A DNA stretch of 24,000 bases. Origin: Desulfovibrio sp. GTDB lineage: Bacteria > Desulfobacterota > Desulfovibrionia > Desulfovibrionales > Desulfovibrionaceae. Below the pieces are notes generated by a model that saw nothing but the letters and a program-made list of their open reading frames with translations, did not search any database and was not told where the DNA came from. Shown one piece after another: positions 8,024-14,546 of this stretch (positions are counted from its first letter, which is position 1; the number at the start of each line of letters is the position of its first letter). Where the stretch lies: assembly GCA_031287575.1 (NCBI GenBank), contig JAITSV010000051.1, positions 9,897-33,896 of the forward strand, read 5' to 3'. Made by a program: the position numbers and the translations under genes.

Positions 8024-9118
8024 ATGAACCCCCTGCTGGAACGTTTGCGCGCGCGCCTTTCGGACACCATTCCCCCCGGAACGGAAGCTCCGTACGCATC
8101 GCCAGGCCACGCCCGCACGGCGGAAGTCCCCCGGCCCGGCATCACCGGAGAAGAGGCGCTCGCCGTGGCGCGGCTGCCCGCGTCCGACATCCTGGACATC
8201 CTGGCCGTGGCGCAGACCGTGCGTTCGGCCCACAAGGGGCCGTCGGCGACCACCTGCGGCATCGTCAACGCAAAGTCGGGCCGGTGCGGCGAGGATTGCG
8301 CCTTCTGCGCCCAGTCGTCGCACCACGACACGGGCGCCCCGGTGCATGCGCTGCTCGGCCCCGACGCGTTGCTGCGCCATGCGGAAGAACTGGCCCGCGC
8401 GGGGGTGCGCCGCTTCGGCATCGTGACCAGCGGCAACGCCCTTTCGGAACGGGAGTTCGACGCGGTCTGCCAGGCGGCGCGCCTGTTGCGCGACCGTGTG
8501 GACATCGGCCTGTGCGCCTCCCTGGGGCAGCTCGTTTCCGGCACCGCCAAGAGCGAAAACCGGGGAGAACGAGCCCGCCGCCTGAAGGACGCAGGCATTT
8601 CCAGCTATCACCACAATCTTGAAACGGCCAGAAGTTTTTTCCCGCAGGTATGTACCACGCACCCCTACGATGACGACATCGCCACCGTGCGCGAAGCCGC
8701 GCGGGCGGGGCTGCGCACCTGTTGCGGCGGCATCCTTGGCCTTGGCGAAACGTGGGAACACCGCGTGGAACTGGCCCTGACCCTGCGTGAACTGGACGTG
8801 GACTCCATCCCGCTGAACTTCCTGCATCCCGTTCCGGGCACACGGCTGGGCCACCGCAGTCCGCTGCCGCCCATGGAGGCCCTGCGGGCCATTGCCGTGT
8901 TCCGGCTGCTGCACCCCGGGCGGGACATCCTGGTGTGCGGCGGGCGCGAGACCACCTTGGGCCAATGGCAAGCGTGGGTGTTCGCCGCCGGGGCCAACGG
9001 GCTGATGGTGGGCAACTACCTGACCACGGCGGGGCGCGCCCTTGCCGACGACATGGACATGCTGGCCACGCTGGGCGTGGGCGGAATTGCCCGCAATGGC
9101 GAGGGGGCACGGGCATGA
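8024..9118 (+). CDS. bioB: Biotin synthase (radical SAM)
   Basis: 364 aa. CGEDCAFCAQS is the CxxxCxxC radical-SAM motif. The rest is colinear with BioB. It has an N-terminal extension of about 35 aa relative to E. coli BioB. AGGAG lies at 8007-8011. Confidence 0.95.
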   Translation: MNPLLERLRARLSDTIPPGTEAPYASPGHARTAEVPRPGITGEEALAVARLPASDILDILAVAQTVRSAHKGPSATTCGIVNAKSGRCGEDCAFCAQSSHHDTGAPVHALLGPDALLRHAEELARAGVRRFGIVTSGNALSEREFDAVCQAARLLRDRVDIGLCASLGQLVSGTAKSENRGERARRLKDAGISSYHHNLETARSFFPQVCTTHPYDDDIATVREAARAGLRTCCGGILGLGETWEHRVELALTLRELDVDSIPLNFLHPVPGTRLGHRSPLPPMEALRAIAVFRLLHPGRDILVCGGRETTLGQWQAWVFAAGANGLMVGNYLTTAGRALADDMDMLATLGVGGIARNGEGARA

Positions 9119-10608
9119 GCGGACGGACGACGGATACCGGCATGCCCGGAGCACCCAGCACTCCCCCCACGGCAACGGACGCCACCCTGCGCCTGCGCGC
9201 GCTGGACAAGGCCCACGTGTGGCACCCCTTCACCCAGATGCGCGACTGGCTGGCGGCGGACCCGCTGGTCATCACCGCCGCCGAGGGCAACCGGCTCATG
9301 GACACCGACGGCGTGTCCTACCTGGACGGGGTGTCCTCGCTGTGGACCAACGTGCACGGGCATCGCCACCCCCGGTTGGACGCGGCCATCCGGGCACAAC
9401 TGGACAAGGTGGCCCATACCACCCTGCTGGGCCTGGGCAGCGAGCCATCCATAGAGCTGGCGGCGCGCCTTGCCGCCATCGCCCCGCAGGGGCTGACGCG
9501 GGTGTTCTATTCCGACAGCGGGTCGACAGCGGTGGAGGTCGCGCTGAAGATCGCCTTCCAGTTCCACCGCCAGGCCCCGGCGCATCTGGCGCATCCGGCG
9601 CATCTGGGCGGCGACGCCCGGCGCACCCGCTTTCTCAGCCTGCGCAACGCCTACCATGGCGACACCGTGGGCGCCGTGGCCCTGGGCGGCATGGCCCTGT
9701 TCCATTCCATCTACGCGCCGCTGCTGTTCGACACGGTAAAGGCGGAAAGCCCGTACTGCTACCGCTGTCCGTTCGGGCGGCAGGCCTGGACGTGCGAACG
9801 GGAATGCATCACCCACATGGAAACGCTGTTCGCCCGGCACGGCCACGAACTGTGCGCCGCCGTGGTGGAGCCGCTGGTGCAGGGCGCGGCGGGCATGCTG
9901 CTGCAGCCGCCCGGCTGGCTGCGCCGGGTGCGCGAACTGTGCGACGAGCACGGTGTGTTCCTGATTGCGGACGAGGTGGCCGTGGGCTTCGGCAAGACCG
10001 GCACCCTGTTCGCCTGCGAACAGGAAGGGGTGACGCCCGACTTCCTGTGCCTGGCCAAGGGCATTTCCGGCGGTTACCTGCCGCTGGCCGCCACCCTGAC
10101 CACCGAGCGGGTGCACGACGGCTTTCTGGCCCGCCACGAGGAATTGCGCACCTTCTTCCACGGCCACACCTACACCGGCAACCCGCTGGCCTGCGCGGCG
10201 GCCATCGCCTCGCTGGACGTGTTCGAGGAAGAACGGGTGATGGAGCGGCTGCAACCCAAGATCACCCGGCTGGCCACGCGGCTGGAAACGCTGCGCGACC
10301 TGCCCCACGTGGGGGACATCCGTCAGCGCGGAGTCATGACCGGCATCGAGATGGTGCGGGACCGCGATACGAAGGAAGGCTACGACCTGGCCCTGCGCAT
10401 GGGCCACCGGGTAACCCTGGAGGCACGGCGGCGCGGGGTGATCATCCGCCCGCTGGGCGACGTGATGGTACTCATGCCGCCCTTGTCCATCACCGACGAC
10501 GAGATCGACCTGCTGGTGGACGCCACGGGCGAAGCCATCCGCGCGGTGACCGAACGCGGGGCGACTGGCGGACTGGAAGCGCTGCCTGCCGTGCCGGGGG
10601 CGGCATGA
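9115..10608 (+). CDS. bioA: Adenosylmethionine-8-amino-7-oxononanoate aminotransferase
   Basis: 497 aa from the ATG at 9115, which forms an ATGA overlap with the bioB stop. Class III aminotransferase pattern: HVWHPFTQM, YHGDT, DEVAVGFGKTG, CLAKGISGGYLP. The track ORF from 8935 is an upstream extension. Confidence 0.93.
   Translation: MSGRTTDTGMPGAPSTPPTATDATLRLRALDKAHVWHPFTQMRDWLAADPLVITAAEGNRLMDTDGVSYLDGVSSLWTNVHGHRHPRLDAAIRAQLDKVAHTTLLGLGSEPSIELAARLAAIAPQGLTRVFYSDSGSTAVEVALKIAFQFHRQAPAHLAHPAHLGGDARRTRFLSLRNAYHGDTVGAVALGGMALFHSIYAPLLFDTVKAESPYCYRCPFGRQAWTCERECITHMETLFARHGHELCAAVVEPLVQGAAGMLLQPPGWLRRVRELCDEHGVFLIADEVAVGFGKTGTLFACEQEGVTPDFLCLAKGISGGYLPLAATLTTERVHDGFLARHEELRTFFHGHTYTGNPLACAAAIASLDVFEEERVMERLQPKITRLATRLETLRDLPHVGDIRQRGVMTGIEMVRDRDTKEGYDLALRMGHRVTLEARRRGVIIRPLGDVMVLMPPLSITDDEIDLLVDATGEAIRAVTERGATGGLEALPAVPGAA
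9581..9607 (+). repeat. In-frame 9-nt tandem repeat x3 inside bioA
   Basis: CGCATCTGG CGCATCCGG CGCATCTGG encodes AHL-AHP-AHL. It lies in an insertion relative to E. coli BioA, just before the conserved FLSLRNAYHGDT. Confidence 0.85.
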
Positions 10609-11279
10609 CCGCCACGGGTGACACGCACGTCACCGTGCGTTGCGGGGTGTTCCGGTTCGACCCGGCCCACCCGCTGTTCGCGGATCATTTCCCCGGCGCC
10701 CCCGTGGTGCCGGGGTCGTGCATCGTGCAGGCCTTTGCGGACGAAGCGTCGCGCTGGGCCCACGAGCACGCTCGGGGGGACGGAGGGACGCCGGAAGTGA
10801 TCGAATCCGGGCGGCAGGCAGGCCTGCGGGAAGCATTGCCCGCAGGGATGTCGGTAACGCCAGGGGCCGGGTCTGCCGGTGTCCCTCCGCATTCCGCCGG
10901 GGACGGGCCGGATGGCCGTCTGCCCGAAGAAGCCCCGCACGCGGCATGCGCGATGCCCGCAATACACTCTGTACGCCCGATACGCCCGATACGCCCGATA
11001 TGTAAGGCACGCGGGTTCCGTTTCCGGCGCTTCGTGTCGCCGGGGGACTATGCCTTCCGCATGGAATGCACGGATGAAGGCCTGCGCTGCTCGCTGCACG
11101 CGCTGCCCCATGGGCACGCCGCAACGGAAGGGCAAACGCCGGGTGCCCCGCATGGACCGGATGGGGCTGATGGACCGGACGGGCCGGATGGACCGCATAG
11201 ACCGGACGGGCCGGACGCGACGACCGCCCCTTCCCCCACTGCCCCCAGTCCCTTGGTCACCGGGGTGCTGGCGTGGTAG
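10605..11279 (+). CDS. FabZ/FabA-like hotdog-fold dehydratase subunit, His-bearing, with a large low-complexity insertion (224 aa)
   Basis: The ATG at 10605 forms an ATGA overlap with the bioA stop. FDPAHPLFADHFPGAPVVPGSCIVQAFAD aligns to FabZ [26 protein letters not shown]: the His is kept, but Gln replaces the dyad Glu at +14. The C-terminal ARGFRFRRFVSPGDYAFRMEC aligns to FabZ [20 protein letters not shown]. The two halves are separated by about 90 aa of Pro/Gly/Ala-rich sequence. Confidence 0.75.
   Translation: MTATGDTHVTVRCGVFRFDPAHPLFADHFPGAPVVPGSCIVQAFADEASRWAHEHARGDGGTPEVIESGRQAGLREALPAGMSVTPGAGSAGVPPHSAGDGPDGRLPEEAPHAACAMPAIHSVRPIRPIRPICKARGFRFRRFVSPGDYAFRMECTDEGLRCSLHALPHGHAATEGQTPGAPHGPDGADGPDGPDGPHRPDGPDATTAPSPTAPSPLVTGVLAW
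10972..10998 (+). repeat. In-frame 9-nt tandem repeat x3 (perfect) in the FabZ-like gene
   Basis: TACGCCCGA x3 encodes (V)RPIRPIRPI. Confidence 0.9.
11152..11214 (+). repeat. In-frame degenerate 9-nt tandem repeat x7 in the FabZ-like gene
   Basis: ATGGACCGG ATGGGGCTG ATGGACCGG ACGGGCCGG ATGGACCGC ATAGACCGG ACGGGCCGG encodes GPDGADGPDGPDGPHRPDGPD. Confidence 0.85.
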
Positions 11280-12121
11280 CCGCCGCCGGACTGTCCTCCC
11301 CCCTGCGCGGCCCCGTGCTCATCGCCGGGGGCTCGTGCGAACTGGGGCTGGCCCTCGGGGCGGCGATGGCCGCCGACGGCATGGCCGTGGCCCTTACCGT
11401 GCGCGATGCAGCGGGCGCGGCGCGCATCCGCGCGGCCCTGCCCCATGTGATGGGTACGCCCGAAGCGGCGGTGCTGCGCCTGCACGCACGCCGCCCGGAA
11501 CGGGGCACCGTCGGACAGGATTTCACCACGCCGCCTGCACTCGACGGTGCGGACGCCGAAGACGACACCCCGGAAACCCTGCCCGAACGCGCCCGTGCGG
11601 CACTGGGGGAAGCCCCCCGATTGTTCGTGGACCTGCTGCACTCGCGCTTCGAATGCCTGCTGGCCGGAGCTGACCCCGCCGACATCGACCTGTGGGCCGC
11701 GCGCGACATCGCCTTTCGCGCCCGGCTGCTGCGGGCCGTCAGCCGGTCCATGCTGGCCGCGCGCGACGGGCGGTGCGTGTTCGTCTCGTCCTCCGCCGCG
11801 GAGCGGGCCGCGCCGGGGCAAGGGTACTACGCCGCCGCCAAGCTGGCCGGGGAGGCCCTGTACCGCGCCGTGGGCGTGGAACTGGCACCGCGTGGGGTCA
11901 CCGCCTGTTCGCTGCGGCTGGGCTGGCTGGAGGCGGGCCGGGGCGCGCCGTTCCTGCAATCCCGTGCCGCGGGCGCTCCCCTGCCGCCCACCGGGCGCAC
12001 CGTGACCCTTGCCGAGGCCGTGCAGACCCTGCGTTTTCTGCTGTCCGCCCCGGCCACGGCCATCAACGCCACCACCCTGACCTGCGACGGCGGCTTCGGC
12101 GCGCTGAAACCGGCCTGCTGA
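11273..12121 (+). CDS. Short-chain dehydrogenase/reductase, FabG-like 3-oxoacyl-ACP reductase candidate (282 aa)
   Basis: The GTG start at 11273 overlaps the preceding stop (GTGGTAG). Variant Rossmann motif VLIAGGSCELG. Catalytic Ser region VFVSSSAA. YYAAAK is the YxxxK motif. C-terminal TLTCDGGF. There is an acidic insertion of about 35 aa after the second strand. Confidence 0.8.
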   Translation: MVAAAGLSSPLRGPVLIAGGSCELGLALGAAMAADGMAVALTVRDAAGAARIRAALPHVMGTPEAAVLRLHARRPERGTVGQDFTTPPALDGADAEDDTPETLPERARAALGEAPRLFVDLLHSRFECLLAGADPADIDLWAARDIAFRARLLRAVSRSMLAARDGRCVFVSSSAAERAAPGQGYYAAAKLAGEALYRAVGVELAPRGVTACSLRLGWLEAGRGAPFLQSRAAGAPLPPTGRTVTLAEAVQTLRFLLSAPATAINATTLTCDGGFGALKPAC

Positions 12122-12201
12122 GCCGCGTTCCGAGCATCCCGCCGGTTCCCGAAGCGGGACCGGCCCACCCTTTCGACCACCATCCACAGCACAACATCAC
12201 C

Positions 12202-12624
12202 ATGCCCGCACAGACCCGACACGAACCGCACGACATCGCGGTGGCCATCGCCGCGCTGGTGGCCCCCATCTTCGACGTGGACCCGGCCACCCTGTCCCCG
12301 AGCACCCGGCTTATGGCCGACCTGCCCTGCGAATCCATCGACCTGCTGGAAATCGGTGCCGGGCTGAACCGCTGCTTCGCCATTCCGGTGCGCGATGCCG
12401 CCGCCTTTCTCACCGACCTGCGCATCCACGTGCTGGAGGCGGAACGCACCGGCGAAGCGCCCGAAGCCCGGCTGGCGCGGGAATACCCACACCTGTCCGC
12501 CACGCGCGTGGCGGAAGTGCTGGCGGCAGTGCGCGTGCCCGGTGCGCCCCCGGTTCTGACCATCGGTGACGTGGTGGCCTACGTGGCATGGAGCCTCGCC
12601 CGGCACGCTGGCCAACCGGCCTGA
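12202..12624 (+). CDS. Acyl carrier protein-like phosphopantetheine-binding protein, atypically long (140 aa)
   Basis: The N-terminal roughly 75 aa have ACP layout, with LMADLPCESIDLLEIGAGL corresponding to the DLGxDSLDxVEL serine-attachment helix. They are followed by a C-terminal extension of about 60 aa with no motif I recognise. It lies in frame with the tail of track ORF 11692-12624. No obvious Shine-Dalgarno sequence. Confidence 0.7.
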   Translation: MPAQTRHEPHDIAVAIAALVAPIFDVDPATLSPSTRLMADLPCESIDLLEIGAGLNRCFAIPVRDAAAFLTDLRIHVLEAERTGEAPEARLAREYPHLSATRVAEVLAAVRVPGAPPVLTIGDVVAYVAWSLARHAGQPA

Positions 12625-12642
12625 TCGACAGGCGCCACGCCC

Positions 12643-13986
12643 ATGCAGCCCCCTTCCTGCCTGCCTCTTTCCCCCCACCGCGTGGTCATCACCGGCGCGG
12701 GCGCGGTGACCCCGCTGGGCCACACCCCGCAGGACGTGGCGCGCGCCATCCGCAAGGGGCACAGCCCGTTCCGCCATGCCCCGGCCCTGCCCGGCGCGGC
12801 CTGCGCCCCGGTGCCGGACTTCGACGCCGCAACGGCCACCGGACGCTGGCGGCACCGCCGCTATCTTTCGCGCGGGGGGCTGCTGGCCCTTGTCGCCGCC
12901 CTGACCGCCACCCGGCAGGCCGGATACGCGTGTGACAGCGAGACGACGCAGGGCAACGACGGCACGCATCCTTTGCCCTGCCTTCCGGACGACACCGCGC
13001 TGGTGGCCGCCAGCGGCCCCAACATGGACGTGACCGCCGATTTTCCGGCGGCCAGCGGGCGAATCCGGCTGCTGCACGACACCCCGCCCGGTCTGGAACA
13101 CCCCGGTCTGGACGCCCTGTGGATGCTGCGCTGGCTGCCCAACACCGCCGCTTCCGCCGTGGCCATGCGCTGTGGTGTCCGGGGTGAGGGGCTGGTGCTG
13201 GGCACGGCCTGCGCCGCCTCGTTGCAGGCCGTGGGCGAAGCCGCCCGGCGGGTGCGCTGGGGCCTTGCCCCGGCGGCTCTGGCCGTGGGCGGCGATTCGC
13301 GCCTGTCCGAGGGGGGATTGCTGGGCTACGCCCGCGCCGGGGCCATCCAGCGCGACCTGGACCCCGCCGACGCCAACGCCCCGCACCACGCCTGCCGCCC
13401 CTTCGACACCTCGCGGCGCGGCTTCGTACCCGGCGAGGGGGGCGCGGCCTTCGTGCTGGAGCCGCTGGACATGGCACTGGCGCGCGGGGCCGCGCCACTG
13501 GCCGAGGTGCTGGGCATGGGGGCCACGCTGGACGGCCACGCCCTGACCGCGCCGGAACCCGACGCCCGCCGGGCCGAGGCCGCCGTGCGCGGCGCGCTGG
13601 CCGAGGCTGGCCTGACGCCCGGCGACGTGCACTGGGTGGCGGCCCACGGCACCGGCACCGCCCTCAACGACGCGGCGGAAATCCGCCTGCTGGAACGGGT
13701 GTTCGCAGACGCTGGGCACGCCCCCGCCGTCACCGCCGTGAAGTCGTGGACCGGGCACTGCGCCTCGGCCTGCGGCGCGGTGGAACTGGCCGTGCTGCTG
13801 GCCTGCGCGGCGGACGGCTTTCTGCCGCCGGTGCGCAACCTGACCACGCCGGAAAGCGCACGGCTGGATTTTGTGCGCCCGGTGCGTCAACCGCGCCCCC
13901 TGCCCGCTTTCGGCAACGGCTCCGTCGGCCTGCTGCTCAATTTCGGCTTCGGCGGGCAGAACGCCGCACTGGTAGTGCGGTTGTGA
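12643..13986 (+). CDS. Beta-ketoacyl-ACP synthase, elongating KAS I/II (FabF/FabB-like) type
   Basis: 447 aa. HRVVITGAGAVTPLG N-terminus. Active-site Cys in GTACAASLQAVGEA. His in AAHGTGTALND. Lys/His in VKSWTGHCASACG. C-terminal NFGFGGQNAALVV. This gives a Cys-His-His triad, not the KAS III Cys-His-Asn triad. Confidence 0.9.
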   Translation: MQPPSCLPLSPHRVVITGAGAVTPLGHTPQDVARAIRKGHSPFRHAPALPGAACAPVPDFDAATATGRWRHRRYLSRGGLLALVAALTATRQAGYACDSETTQGNDGTHPLPCLPDDTALVAASGPNMDVTADFPAASGRIRLLHDTPPGLEHPGLDALWMLRWLPNTAASAVAMRCGVRGEGLVLGTACAASLQAVGEAARRVRWGLAPAALAVGGDSRLSEGGLLGYARAGAIQRDLDPADANAPHHACRPFDTSRRGFVPGEGGAAFVLEPLDMALARGAAPLAEVLGMGATLDGHALTAPEPDARRAEAAVRGALAEAGLTPGDVHWVAAHGTGTALNDAAEIRLLERVFADAGHAPAVTAVKSWTGHCASACGAVELAVLLACAADGFLPPVRNLTTPESARLDFVRPVRQPRPLPAFGNGSVGLLLNFGFGGQNAALVVRL

Positions 13987-14546
13987 CCCCTTTCCACCAC
14001 GCCCTGCCGCAGGAAACCCCCGACCGCTTCCTGCTGCTGGATCGGCTGGATGTCTGTGATCCGACCGGGGCCACGGCCCGCCGCGCCTTCGCCGCCGCGC
14101 CCCCGTGGCAGGGGCTGGAGGCCATGGCCCAACTGGCCGCGCTGCATGCCCGCTGGACAGCCGACTTCACTCTGCACGCCTTTCTGCTGACGGTGGATGA
14201 ATGCACCTGGCCGCCCCACGTACCGGCAGCCGACGTGCACCACGGCATGTCAAACAGCACACCGGGCAGCACACCGGGCAACACACCGGGCAACACACCG
14301 GGCGGCGCACTGCACGGCACCCTGTACATCCGGGCCGATCTGCTGGCCGAAAGCGACCGCGCGGCCACCTATGCGGCCACCATCACGCCCCTGACAGTCT
14401 TCTCCGACGCGGCTTCCGCGCCTGCGCCCCCGTACATGGCCGCCACCCTGACCATAGGCCGCGCGCCCTACGACACCCGCTTCAACGGCGGCACGCTCAC
14501 CGCCCGCTATCACGAGATATTTGCATGGCTGACCAGAATCGCCTGA
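13983..14546 (+). CDS. Second FabZ-like hotdog-fold protein, Glu-bearing and lacking the HFPG histidine segment (187 aa)
   Basis: The GTG at 13983 forms a GTGA overlap with the KAS stop. LPQETPDRFLLLDRLDV aligns to FabZ LPHRFPFLLVDRVLD. PPWQG-LEAMAQ aligns to FabZ PFFQG[[13 protein letters not shown]]LEAMAQ with the bracketed 13 residues absent. This is the only frame with sensible sequence across 13987-14524. Confidence 0.65.
   Translation: MTPFHHALPQETPDRFLLLDRLDVCDPTGATARRAFAAAPPWQGLEAMAQLAALHARWTADFTLHAFLLTVDECTWPPHVPAADVHHGMSNSTPGSTPGNTPGNTPGGALHGTLYIRADLLAESDRAATYAATITPLTVFSDAASAPAPPYMAATLTIGRAPYDTRFNGGTLTARYHEIFAWLTRIA
14256..14303 (+). repeat. In-frame 12-nt tandem repeat x4 in the second hotdog gene
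   Basis: AGCACACCGGGC x2 then AACACACCGGGC x2 encodes STPG STPG NTPG NTPG. Confidence 0.9.

Noticed and set aside
11152-11214. Collagen-like G-X-Y domain (GPD GAD GPD GPD GPH RPD GPD).
   Set aside because: There are only seven triplets and one breaks the Gly register. That is too short for a collagen triple helix, so it is better described as a low-complexity tandem-repeat insertion.
9042-11279. 745-aa ORF that looks like a large fusion protein spanning bioA and the FabZ-like gene.
   Set aside because: The first 520 residues are an out-of-frame read through bioA and are Arg/Pro/Gly-rich. Only the part from the ATG at 10605, which forms an ATGA overlap with the bioA stop, shows a real hotdog-fold sequence.
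14201-14524. Upstream extension of the bioF frame, including a QHTG x4 repeat.
   Set aside because: It is the 12-nt repeat of the second hotdog gene read in the wrong frame. The extension is Arg/His-rich. The hotdog frame carries the FabZ motifs instead.
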